Positions 33,501-41,845 of a stretch of DNA of 46,562 nucleotides are shown piece after piece (the stretch's first letter is position 1; every line of letters begins with the position of its first letter). The notes beneath the pieces were generated by a model. It searched no databases. It saw nothing but the letters and a program-made list of their open reading frames with translations, and had not been told where the DNA came from. The stretch is from the NCBI GenBank assembly GCA_041484545.1, contig JBGPHU010000002.1:1-46562 (forward strand). The letters run 5' to 3'. This stretch comes from Candidatus Eiseniibacteriota bacterium (GTDB taxonomy: Bacteria; Eisenbacteria; RBG-16-71-46; SZUA-252). The position numbers and the translations under genes were made by a program.

Positions 33501-34235
33501 CTAGTGAGCTCCCTCGCCCCGAGCCATGACTTTCACGGTGGCTGCCATGATCTTAAGATCGAGCAGGATGCGACCGTTCTTGAGGTAGTAGAGATCGTAC
33601 TGGAGCTTGCGATTCGCGCTGTCCACCGAGGTGTCGTAGCGGGATTTCACTTGGGCGAGCCCGGTGATGCCCGGGAGCGCGCTACATCGCTTGGGATAGT
33701 CGGGGATCGAAACCGAGAGCGACTCCACGAAAATCGGCCGCTCCGGGCGCGGTCCCACGAGACTCATGTCGCCGAGCATCACGTTCCAGAGCTGGGGGAC
33801 CTCGTCGAGGCGGGCGCGGCGCAGGAACCTCCCCACGCGCGTGACGCGCGAATCCTGGGGGGAGGCCCAGACCGGACCCGTGTTTCGCTCCGCGTCGGTG
33901 ATCATGCTGCGGAACTTGTAGATCCGGAACGGCCGTCCGAATGTATCGGCCTTGCGGCGTTCGGTCGCGGGCGCGTCGCCGTTCCCGTTGCCGTTGCCGT
34001 TGCGCCGAACTCGGCGGCGGTTGATGCCTACGCGAATCTGGCTGTAAAAGACCGGTCCCGGACTATCGAGTGCTACCGCCGCAGCAATGACGAGACAGAC
34101 TGGAAGAAGAAGAATGATTGCGATCGAGGATGCCGTGAGGTCGATTGACCTTTTGAAGATCCGCTCGAAAGCCCGCCCCTCCCCCGAATTCTGCCTCGCC
34201 GCCCAACGCGCCGAAGGGAGAATCATGATGCTCAA
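33501..34235 (-). CDS. Initiating sugar-phosphate transferase (bacterial sugar transferase family, EpsL/WbaP C-terminal type)
   Basis: Motifs KRSIDL, one TM helix, DSPGPVFYSQ, YKFRSM, DEVPQLWNVMLGDMSLVGPRP. The listed start is TTG at 34235; an ATG at 34226 is the alternative. Confidence 0.88.
   Translation of the reverse strand: MSIMILPSARWAARQNSGEGRAFERIFKRSIDLTASSIAIILLLPVCLVIAAAVALDSPGPVFYSQIRVGINRRRVRRNGNGNGNGDAPATERRKADTFGRPFRIYKFRSMITDAERNTGPVWASPQDSRVTRVGRFLRRARLDEVPQLWNVMLGDMSLVGPRPERPIFVESLSVSIPDYPKRCSALPGITGLAQVKSRYDTSVDSANRKLQYDLYYLKNGRILLDLKIMAATVKVMARGEGAH
33981..34004 (-). repeat. Imperfect hexanucleotide repeat encoding (Asn-Gly)4 inside the sugar transferase gene
   Basis: The plus strand reads GTTCCC GTTGCC GTTGCC GTTGCG. 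On the coding strand this translates to NGNGNGNG within an apparent insertion of about 25 aa. Confidence 0.85.
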
Positions 34236-34441
34236 CCCACCCTCTGCTTTCGAGCCGGGCTACGATGCCGATCCGGGAGCCGAGACTTAGGTGTGCTCGG
34301 TCGTGGCCCGGAGGTTCTACGGCGGAGCCTTCGCGGGCACCGGCACCGCGCGAGGCATCGTGGAAGGCTGGGTGCGAACGCCGGCGGAGAGTGGACACAC
34401 TACCACCACTGCGTTGAATGCCCTGCCCCACGACGCCCAGA

Positions 34442-34470
34442 AGTATAGCAACGGCATGGTGGGAGCGCAA
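34442..34470 (-). promoter_or_regulatory. Sigma70-type promoter (TTGCGC-17-TATACT, extended TGC) upstream of the sugar transferase gene
   Basis: On the minus strand, TTGCGC (34470-34465) is followed by a 17-nt spacer ending in TGC and TATACT (34447-34442). The 9-mer TGCTATACT is identical to the one at uvrC. This would give a 5' UTR of about 200 nt. Confidence 0.35.
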
Positions 34471-34492
34471 GGGACAAACGAGCGGGTCCCCG

Positions 34493-35842
34493 CTAGCGGC
34501 GAGCGACCTCGACCCGGGGGGCGAAGGAAAGGGCCACCAGGGAGGCGGCGAGGTCGTCGGCCGATTTCCTGGAATTGAAGCGCACGAGCAAGAGCCGGTA
34601 GCCGCCGCCAGGGGCGGGTGCGATGTTGGCCTCCTTGAGGGAGAACCCGAGGATCCGGAGCGCCTTGAGCTCGGACTGGGCGCTGGTCTCGCTCTGATAG
34701 CTCCCGAGCACCACCTCGTACTGATCCGGCGCGTCGTCCTTCCGTGAAGGCGCCGGCCCTGCGTTCGGCGCGGCCTTCGGGGCCGGAGACGCGCTGGCGA
34801 TGACCGGAGGCTGCTTGGGGGCCGCGGGCTTTGCCGGATGCTGCTTCGGCTCGGGTCTATTGGGCTCCGTCTTGGCCTCCCCGCCGAACGTGTACCCGAA
34901 CGAAAGGCGATGGATGTCGGCGAACCCATTGTCGGGAGTCATGGCATAGTCGAGGTTCACCGGGCCGTAGTGGGCGCCGAGCCCGAAGGAGAGCCCGGTC
35001 GAGGGGTCGTCGACGGTTCCCGCGACGCGACGGTAGCCGAGCCGGAGCGCGAGAATGGAGTTCGGCCTCACCTCCGCGCCGACCCGGAGATCGTTGAAAT
35101 AAGTCTTGGGCATCGTGTAGTCAACGGCCAGCAGGAGCCGATCGGAAAGGAAGGGATGGCTCACGCCGAATCGCGTGAGCTGCGGCAAGGAATAGCTCCC
35201 TCCCCCGAGCGAGATGTCCGGTCCCAAATTCTGAACCGTGGCGCCCAGCGTGGCGCCCGCGATCGTGGCGCTCGCGCCGAAATCCATCGCGGCTCCCGTT
35301 CCAGAGACCGAGGCCAGGGTCTGTCGGATGAGCTTTCCGTTCGCGCCGAGCATGAGCCCCTTCGCGAGCGGCCTCGCGTATCCGAGGGTCACGGCCATGT
35401 CGTACACCCGGAAGTCACCGGTAGGTTGATCGAATTCGTCTACCCCACTGATGCTGGGCATGTGGAAATAGGCGACGCTCAACGATCCGACGCCTTTCCG
35501 AGCGCCGAGCGGCCGCGCGTAGCCGACCCACTCGTACTGGAGATTGCCGAGCCAGGTCGCGTGCATCATCGACGCCTGCGGGCGCGTCATGCCGGCGAGA
35601 AGCGATGGATTCCAGAACTGCGAGGTGGCGCCGCTCGCGATGCTCGTGTTTGCTCCAGCCAGCCCTGCCGAGCTGGCGCCTACCTCGAACCCGAGGAAAT
35701 CACCCGCGCTCGTCCCGACCGAGCCCGCCGCGAACGCGGGACGTACCGCGAGGTACAAGGGTGCGGTCAGGAGAACACATGCGAGGAGAGCGGAAATTCG
35801 ACTCAGCGTGAAGAGCGGGTGCGCGAACTGATTCTTTCGCAT
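34493..35842 (-). CDS. PorV/PorQ-like outer-membrane beta-barrel fused to C-terminal SPOR domain
   Basis: Signal peptide. The segment GTSAGDFLGFEVGASSAGLAGANTSIASGATSQFWNPSLLAG is typical of the PorV/PorQ family start. A Pro/Ala/Lys linker follows. The C-terminus YEVVLGSYQSETSAQSELKALRILGF..YRLLLVRFNSRKSADDLAASL is SPOR-like. Confidence 0.65.
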   Translation of the reverse strand: MRKNQFAHPLFTLSRISALLACVLLTAPLYLAVRPAFAAGSVGTSAGDFLGFEVGASSAGLAGANTSIASGATSQFWNPSLLAGMTRPQASMMHATWLGNLQYEWVGYARPLGARKGVGSLSVAYFHMPSISGVDEFDQPTGDFRVYDMAVTLGYARPLAKGLMLGANGKLIRQTLASVSGTGAAMDFGASATIAGATLGATVQNLGPDISLGGGSYSLPQLTRFGVSHPFLSDRLLLAVDYTMPKTYFNDLRVGAEVRPNSILALRLGYRRVAGTVDDPSTGLSFGLGAHYGPVNLDYAMTPDNGFADIHRLSFGYTFGGEAKTEPNRPEPKQHPAKPAAPKQPPVIASASPAPKAAPNAGPAPSRKDDAPDQYEVVLGSYQSETSAQSELKALRILGFSLKEANIAPAPGGGYRLLLVRFNSRKSADDLAASLVALSFAPRVEVARR

Positions 35843-35925
35843 TGGCTAAACCCCCCGGAGAAGTCGCCCGCGAACTCAGCGGCACTCTCGAAGATGATCT
35901 GATTGGCCTCGAAAGCCATCAAGGG

Positions 35926-35940
35926 GCAGCTAACGTGCCA
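35926..35940 (-). promoter_or_regulatory. Sigma54 -24/-12 promoter element TGGCACGTTAGCTGC
   Basis: The minus strand reads TGGCACG-TTAG-CTGC, against the consensus TGGCACG-N4-TTGCW. GG and GC have the exact canonical spacing. It lies about 85-100 nt upstream of the porV-like ATG (35842), in a 263-nt intergenic region. A sigma54-dependent regulator is encoded downstream on the same strand. Confidence 0.6.
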
Positions 35941-36105
35941 CGCAGGGGTTCGCGCGAAACTTTGATACGGGTGCAGTTGTTTGCGCCGCAATGCGGTACG
36001 CGTGGCCAGATCGAGCCAGGAAGCGCTCTTCTCCTCGGGGGCGATCGCGTGTGCAGATTGCGTACACCTGTGCTCCGCGAAGGGCCGGCGGAAATCAGGC
36101 GGAAA

Positions 36106-37209
36106 TCAGAAGGGGTAACTGAGGGCGATTTCCGCGCGCCCAAATCCCACGGGCGCCGAGATCGACACTTTCCTCTTCGCGGCCGAGCCGCCCCCGATCG
36201 GGACGATCCCCGCGTCGATGACGTTCGCGGCGTAGACGGCGGCCGTCATGAGAATCAGATGATCGACGAGACGGCTCGACCGCTTTTCGAGAGCGGTGAA
36301 GTGGTCCACATCAGCCTGCCGGTCCGCGGTCTCGGCGGGGCTGGCGGCGGCGAGAAGCTCCTCCGATCGGGCGAGCTTGATCCAGATGCGATGGTGGCTC
36401 TCCTCCGAGGTGAGGTAGGCGGCGCCCGCCAGGAGCGTCCCGCCGAGCCAGAGAGATCCTCGGGCACTGCGGCCGGCATAGTCCTGCCCCGCCCCGGAAA
36501 CCAGGGCCGAGCGCCACAGGACCCCGGAACGGCTCAGTTTGGGGGTCCCGAGCGTGACCTGCGTGGGGGTGGACTCCAGGAGCTGAACGCGGGTCTGGAC
36601 GAGATTATCGATCGCGCTCATCGCCCAGACCGCACCCGTGTAGATGGCCCATCGGCCCCGCGCGTACCGGAAGCCTGCCGCGCGGTCCTGCGATTCGAAA
36701 TCGGCCTTGTCGCGATTGCTGCGGTACTCGAGGTGATCGCGGATCACGGCTCCGAGACCGCCGATCCCCACCGTCAGAAACGCGGCTCCCCGTTCCGAGC
36801 GCCGGCTCGTCAGGGCGGGCACCCCCGGAAAGTTGAGGGAGTGGAGGAGGAGTCCGCGATTGGGGAGCGCGTATGGTTTTCCGCCGCGCGGCGGGAAGTA
36901 GAGCGCTCCTTCCGCCGTGGCGTAGCCCGGCGCGGCCACCGTGACCTTGTAACGGCCGATCCACTGCGGTCCGAGGTCCAGAGGCGAGGCGCCCATGAGC
37001 TCGCTCGACCCGCGCAGCTCGACTTGAGCGTTGGGAGGAGAGCTCTGCAGCGTCAACCCACCGGCGCTCGAACCCGTCCCCGCCTCGTGAGATTCCTGCG
37101 CGGGCGCGGGCGAGGAGACGAGGGCTAGGGCGACGCACAGAACAGCCGCGGCCGCGGCGAGCCGCGCGCGAATGCCGGGAACGATGAGGGTGGGTCGAGT
37201 CGTTTTCAT
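36106..37209 (-). CDS. Secreted/membrane protein with PEGA domain
   Basis: Signal peptide (AAAAVLCVALALVSSPAPAQE). PEGA-like segment LTLQSSPPNAQVELRG..GASPLDLG..GRYKVTVAAPGYATAEG. Hydrophobic segments lie downstream. The protein ends in YPF. Confidence 0.55.
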   Translation of the reverse strand: MKTTRPTLIVPGIRARLAAAAAVLCVALALVSSPAPAQESHEAGTGSSAGGLTLQSSPPNAQVELRGSSELMGASPLDLGPQWIGRYKVTVAAPGYATAEGALYFPPRGGKPYALPNRGLLLHSLNFPGVPALTSRRSERGAAFLTVGIGGLGAVIRDHLEYRSNRDKADFESQDRAAGFRYARGRWAIYTGAVWAMSAIDNLVQTRVQLLESTPTQVTLGTPKLSRSGVLWRSALVSGAGQDYAGRSARGSLWLGGTLLAGAAYLTSEESHHRIWIKLARSEELLAAASPAETADRQADVDHFTALEKRSSRLVDHLILMTAAVYAANVIDAGIVPIGGGSAAKRKVSISAPVGFGRAEIALSYPF

Positions 37210-37246
37210 TCGGTCCTGGGTCGGTGCGCGGCCCAGACGCGTGACG

Positions 37247-38677
37247 TTACTCGCCGCGTTCGATCGAAGTCAACCGCGTCGTCACCATCTGCGCGACGAC
37301 CTCGAGGAGCAGAAGCGTCCCGGCCAGGTTCTCCCGCCCGTACTCCGGATCGCCGCAGAGCAGAAATCCCAGGAGCTTTCCGCGGTGGCTTAGCGGAACG
37401 GCGCAAGCCGCCTCGCACGCCGCGATTTGTTTCGCGTTCTCCACGTAGATCGGGATCAAGCCGAGATCGTCCGATCGCCCGCGGAGATGGATTGCATGTC
37501 GCGAGCCGCTCAGCTCGGATGCAAGCGGCTCATCGGGTCCGACGCGTTCCACCGGCGGCGGCCGGAGCGTGCTCCCGGCGATCGTGTACTCGGAGGCGCC
37601 GTTCCAAGCGAGGAAGAGCGTCACCGGCGTGACGCCGGTGATGTCGGCCGCGCGACCGGGAATGAGACGGCAGAGGTCCTGACGGGTGGACGTCGCGTCC
37701 AGCTCGTGCGAGAGCCTGCTCCAGACCACCTCCGGATCGAAGCGCGATGTGTAGAGATAGGGCTCGAGAAGCTGCCGGAGCTTCAGCTGGAGCCCTCCAG
37801 AGATCGCGAGCGCGGCGAGGCCCAGGAGCGTGGCGCAGAGGATCGAGATCCAGGCGGTGCGCGCCAGGGACCACCCGGTGAGATGGGAGATTTGGACGAT
37901 GCCCACCGACAGGATGAGCGCGCCGATTCCCAGGGCGAACGAGAGGGTCTCGTAGAAGGGCCGGAGCTGCGCGGTGACGGTGGCCTCGACGCCGCGCCGC
38001 TTGACGAGCGATAGAGGCATCATGAGCGAAAGGAACCCGAACGCGATCGAGGACTTCGACACGTCCCAGAGCGAGAGCCGGCCGAGCAGGATGCTGCTCG
38101 AGATGAAGACCAGGCACCACGCGAAGAGGAAGATGATGCCGAGCACCGCAGGAGAGAACGCGCGACGCCAGCGGGAGGAGAGCGCGACGTACGTGGATTC
38201 GAAGTTCGCGCTCATGAGCGAGACGTTGAGGAGCAGCATGGCGAGCACGAGGACTCCGAACGTGGTGACCGGGAGCGAGGCGACCGACGCGTCGCCGACC
38301 ACGGTGCGGCCGAGCGGCGTGAGCGCGTAGAGCGCCACGATCATCCCGGTCGAAAGGAGGGCCTGGATCCACACGTACACGCGCCATCCGTGGTTTTGCT
38401 GCGGATCGGTCCCCCGCGCGAGGGTGATCGAGAGAAGCAGCCAGGCGAGCGACACCGGGAGCCAGCAGACGAGCGAGAGGTCCAGCCAGTAGTTCCGCTC
38501 TCCGAGTGGAATCGCGGTGATCGCGCGGACCCACCCGAGCTGCTGCAGACCCAGCAGGAGGAGTGCTACGCCCGCGAGAAGCGTGACGACTCGGTTCGGT
38601 TTCCAAATGAGAATCACGGTGCCGGACACCAGCGCGAGCGTGGCGCTGATCAGAAGCGGGAGGAGGAGGAAGCTCAT
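37247..38677 (-). CDS. Polytopic membrane protein with C-terminal GAF domain (resembles the N-terminal two thirds of PrsK, no kinase domain)
   Basis: The ATG at 38677 overlaps the deacetylase stop (ATGA), so the listed 38863 start is rejected. About 10 TM helices are followed by a GAF-like segment (..IPIYVENAKQIAACEAACAVPLSHRGKLLGFLLCGDPE..). No H-box or ATPase motifs are present. Confidence 0.7.
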   Translation of the reverse strand: MSFLLLPLLISATLALVSGTVILIWKPNRVVTLLAGVALLLLGLQQLGWVRAITAIPLGERNYWLDLSLVCWLPVSLAWLLLSITLARGTDPQQNHGWRVYVWIQALLSTGMIVALYALTPLGRTVVGDASVASLPVTTFGVLVLAMLLLNVSLMSANFESTYVALSSRWRRAFSPAVLGIIFLFAWCLVFISSSILLGRLSLWDVSKSSIAFGFLSLMMPLSLVKRRGVEATVTAQLRPFYETLSFALGIGALILSVGIVQISHLTGWSLARTAWISILCATLLGLAALAISGGLQLKLRQLLEPYLYTSRFDPEVVWSRLSHELDATSTRQDLCRLIPGRAADITGVTPVTLFLAWNGASEYTIAGSTLRPPPVERVGPDEPLASELSGSRHAIHLRGRSDDLGLIPIYVENAKQIAACEAACAVPLSHRGKLLGFLLCGDPEYGRENLAGTLLLLEVVAQMVTTRLTSIERGE

Positions 38678-39555
38678 GCGGTCCCGTTCACGGAGCGAGG
38701 GTCGAGGATTCCCAGCTCGGCGAGCCGAACCGCAAGCGTCGTGAACCGCCCGACGCGCAGAATCCGGCGCAGAATCCCCTCCGTGCTGCCCAGGCGCGCG
38801 TAGTGTGTCCACTTCGAGGACCGCGGGAATCCCACGGACGGCTGCTCCGGATCGATCTCCCACGGATGGACGTTCACGGCGAGAGGGATCCGTCCCCTCT
38901 TGTGATACCCGGCCGCCGCGAGCGAGACCCAGGCCGGCAGGAGTCGCAAGTACGCCCCCGCGAGCACCGGAATCCGGATCGGTCCCAGAGGGACGGTGGG
39001 CAGCGGAAACTCGGCGATGTCGCGCGCTCCGGCCGGAATCCGAGCCGGAACGACCGGGCCTTCCGGGTATCCGTACCGACGACGCCGAATCGGGTAGATG
39101 CTGGAGTCATACGTGTAGCCGGTCTCGCGCAGCACCTCCAGCGCCCAGAGCGTGCTCCGGTTGATGCTGTAGCTGGGGGCGCGAAAGCCGACCACGGCGG
39201 ATCCAGATAGGTCCTCGAGGATGAGGCGGGAGTCCAGCGCTTCCTCCCGGAACTCGGCGGGCGTGAGCTCGGTGATCATGCGATGGGAGACGCCGTGGGA
39301 CGCCACCTCGTGACCGCGCCCGGCGATGCGCGCCACCAGTCCGGGATGACGTCGCGCGATCCATCCCAGGGTGAAGAAGGTGCCCTTGGCGCCGGACTCG
39401 TCGAACAGATCGAGGAGTCGTTCGACGTTCCGCTCGACGCGAGGTTCAAAGCTGGGCCAGTCCTCCCTGGAAACGCGCCCTGCGAACGCCTGCACCTGGA
39501 AGTAATCCTCGACGTCGACGCTCAGCGCAAGAGGAGGTTCACGTCGCGCGGCCAT
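38674..39555 (-). CDS. Polysaccharide deacetylase, XrtA/PEP-CTERM-locus subfamily type (NodB fold plus DUF3473-like C-terminus)
   Basis: N-terminus LALSVDVEDYFQVQAF, then GAKGTFFTLGWIARRHPGLV, GHEVASHGVSH and GFRAPSYS. Confidence 0.8.
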   Translation of the reverse strand: MAARREPPLALSVDVEDYFQVQAFAGRVSREDWPSFEPRVERNVERLLDLFDESGAKGTFFTLGWIARRHPGLVARIAGRGHEVASHGVSHRMITELTPAEFREEALDSRLILEDLSGSAVVGFRAPSYSINRSTLWALEVLRETGYTYDSSIYPIRRRRYGYPEGPVVPARIPAGARDIAEFPLPTVPLGPIRIPVLAGAYLRLLPAWVSLAAAGYHKRGRIPLAVNVHPWEIDPEQPSVGFPRSSKWTHYARLGSTEGILRRILRVGRFTTLAVRLAELGILDPRSVNGTA

Positions 39556-39622
39556 GGCCGGAGCATAGGTTTCCTGGCGGGATCTGTGAAGGAGGAACTC
39601 TGCTCGGGTAATCTACGGCGAA

Positions 39623-40609
39623 TCAGGGGACGATGGCGACTCGCGTCACGGCGCGGCCCGAAGCTCCATCCACGATCACGTTGTAGATGCCGGGAGCGAC
39701 CCGGACTCCGGAATCGGTACGGCAGGGCCACGCGACCGTGTGCATGCCCGCAGGGAATGTCTGGTCGGCGAGGAGACAGATCCTGTGACCGGTTAGATCG
39801 AATATCGTCACTCGCGTCCGCTGACCCGAGGAGGCCGTGTCGACGGAGAGGCGGAACGTAACCTGATCGCGCGCGGGATTGGGATAGCCGTGCACGACGG
39901 GTATCTCGGAAGCGGTTCCCGGAATCGTGAGCCGGAGCGTGGCCTGGGTTCCCTCGGCGGTGTCGTCATAGGTCGCGAGCGAGAAATCGTAACTCACGCC
40001 CGCCACGTCCGTGGTGTCGGTCCAGCTGGTCGCGCTCAGCGGGAGCGTCTTGAGAAGCGAGGGCGCGGGGTCCGGCGCCGCCTTGCGATAGAGCCGGTAC
40101 CCCAGCTCGGGTCCGCCCGGCGTCACCGCGCTCCACGTGAGGAGCACAGCGCCGGTCTCAACGGACCCCCCGAAGTTGCCGGGCGTGGCGAGCGGCACCC
40201 CACCGCTCGCCGTTTGCCTCGCCGCGATATTCGAATACCCCGAGACGTTTGGAATTTCATCCGAGGATCGGATCGCGAAATAGTAGGTCGTGGCGGGAGC
40301 GAGTCCCGCCACGATGAAGGATTCGCGTGAGCCAGCGCCCAGCGGCGCCGGCATCGTTCCCACCGAGGAGGCGGACGCCCACCAGCCCGCGGTGTCCGCG
40401 GAGACCGGCGTCTGGGAGAACCGCATCTCGTACGAAGCCGCCGTTCCGGTGTTCCCGTCGTCGCCCGGGGCCGTCCAGGTCAGCGCCACCGAATCGGCGG
40501 TCGCGTTCCGCGGTCCCAGGATGGAACCCAGGAGAGCCGCCGCACCGAGGAGCGCCGCCCGCGCCATCTTGGACGCGTGACGCCGACCGTATCGTCTCCT
40601 AGCGCGCAT
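39623..40609 (-). CDS. Secreted FN3-repeat protein with T9SS-type (Por_Secre_tail / FlgD-Ig-like) C-terminal domain
   Basis: The ATG at 40609 lies behind GAGGTGG. Basic signal peptide. FN3 signature LTWTAPGDDGNTGTAASYEMRFS..YYFAIRSSDE. C-terminus HGYPNPARDQVTFRL..VTIFDLTGHRI..GMHTVAW..GVRVAPGIYNV. An alternative start is at 40567. Confidence 0.75.
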   Translation of the reverse strand: MRARRRYGRRHASKMARAALLGAAALLGSILGPRNATADSVALTWTAPGDDGNTGTAASYEMRFSQTPVSADTAGWWASASSVGTMPAPLGAGSRESFIVAGLAPATTYYFAIRSSDEIPNVSGYSNIAARQTASGGVPLATPGNFGGSVETGAVLLTWSAVTPGGPELGYRLYRKAAPDPAPSLLKTLPLSATSWTDTTDVAGVSYDFSLATYDDTAEGTQATLRLTIPGTASEIPVVHGYPNPARDQVTFRLSVDTASSGQRTRVTIFDLTGHRICLLADQTFPAGMHTVAWPCRTDSGVRVAPGIYNVIVDGASGRAVTRVAIVP

Positions 40610-41477
40610 CGCTGGCCACCTCGACGCGCAGACCCGCGTCCACCATCGGGTCCGCGACGCCGGAATCGGGGTCGAGCGAGAGGTCATGCACCGGAGCGGG
40701 GGCGACGGTATCAGGCGTCGTCGCCGTGGGAACGTTCGAGAGTCCGGAGACGTTACCGGCGTCGTCGGTCGCCCGGATGGCCACGTAGTAGCTCCGGCCG
40801 GGCGTCAATCCATTGATCGTGAAGGTCTGCTGCGTGCCCGCCGCGGCCGGCGCCGGCTCCCCCGTCACCGCTGTCGCGGAGCCCCAGTTGACCGTCGTGA
40901 TGGCGGAGGATGAATAGCGGATGTCGTAGGTCGTCGCCGTTCCGGTCGTGCCGTCGTCTCCCGGCGCGGTCCACCGGATGCTGGCCGACGTGCCCGTGGT
41001 CCCGGTGACGGTGAGATCCGCGATGGCCGCAGGCGCGGTCAGGTCTCCGGACGTGGCCTTGACCGCCACGTTGGAGTATCCGGACCAGTTCGGAACTTCG
41101 TCTCCGACTTTGAGGAGGAAGTAGTACGTGGTGAGCGGCGTCAGTCCGCGCACCCTCATGGAGTCGGTGACGCCCGAAGCCTGGGGCGCGGGAAGGTTCG
41201 TCACCTTCGTCGCCGCGTTCCACCAGGTGAGGGTGTCGGTGCCCGCGATCGCTGTGGTGCGGTAGCGCAGGTCGTAGGAGGTGGCCGTGCCCACCGCGCC
41301 GTCGTCGCCGGTCGCCGTCCACATGACGGCTACTGTCGAGTCGGCGGAGGTCTGGGCGAAACCGACGTTCGGACCGAGCAGCATCCCCAGGGCGCACAGG
41401 ATCGCCGCAAGGGCCATTCGCGATGCGTGGCTGGATCGAACCGAGTGGAGCGCGTCGGTGCGCGGAGTGATGAGCAT
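40599..41477 (-). CDS. Secreted protein with two FN3 domains, no C-terminal sorting domain
   Basis: The ATG at 41477 lies 7 nt after GGGGGAGGA. Signal peptide (ALAAILCALGMLLGPNVGFAQ). Two FN3 signatures are present: MWTATGDDGAVGTATSYDLRY and RWTAPGDDGTTGTATTYDIRYSS. The protein ends shortly after a DTVAPAPVHDLS motif that normally opens another FN3 domain. Confidence 0.75.
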   Translation of the reverse strand: MLITPRTDALHSVRSSHASRMALAAILCALGMLLGPNVGFAQTSADSTVAVMWTATGDDGAVGTATSYDLRYRTTAIAGTDTLTWWNAATKVTNLPAPQASGVTDSMRVRGLTPLTTYYFLLKVGDEVPNWSGYSNVAVKATSGDLTAPAAIADLTVTGTTGTSASIRWTAPGDDGTTGTATTYDIRYSSSAITTVNWGSATAVTGEPAPAAAGTQQTFTINGLTPGRSYYVAIRATDDAGNVSGLSNVPTATTPDTVAPAPVHDLSLDPDSGVADPMVDAGLRVEVASDAR

Positions 41478-41845
41478 GGTGCGTCCTCCCCCTCTGCTGT
41501 CGAGCAAATGGACGTACCGCCATGGTGCTTAGGTCCACGGCGGCCCGGCCAGCATCGACAGCGCTCCGGAGGACCTCCCGGCGCACGATCTTTAGCTCCG
41601 CGGCTCTGCGTCCTGCCCTTTCGGACAGTTTGCTCTGAGCATGGACAGGCGGTTCGCCCGCCGATCCCCCCGTCAACGGGTTGAGCAGATTCGGGGCCAC
41701 CGAAAAGTTGCAGTGTGCACGGCGGTGTTCGCGGGTTCAGAGCGGCAGGTTGGGGCGAATCCGGGGGCGTTTCGAGTGACTTGCGTGCAGGATGCGTGTT
41801 GAACTCTGCACGGCCGCGACGGTTAGATTGCGATGAAAGCCCGAC

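Noticed and set aside
36087-36108. Tandem 11-nt duplication GGCGGAAATCA x2 spanning the PEGA gene stop codon
   Set aside because: The duplication is real but tiny. It only places a second, out-of-frame TGA 11 nt downstream, and I see no functional consequence.
38678-38863. Upstream extension of the TM-GAF ORF, and similar extensions 44591..44704 and 45231..45539
   Set aside because: These extensions overlap the preceding genes in another frame. The internal ATGs form ATGA or short-gap junctions and give proper N-termini (a signal peptide or first TM helix).
41508-41845. Possible riboswitch (e.g. c-di-GMP) or sigma54 promoter in the 338-nt spacer upstream of the FN3 gene
   Set aside because: I read the minus strand and found no recognisable GEMM-type conserved blocks and no GG-N10-GC element in proper context. 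Only the weak 16-mer repeat, reported separately, stands out.
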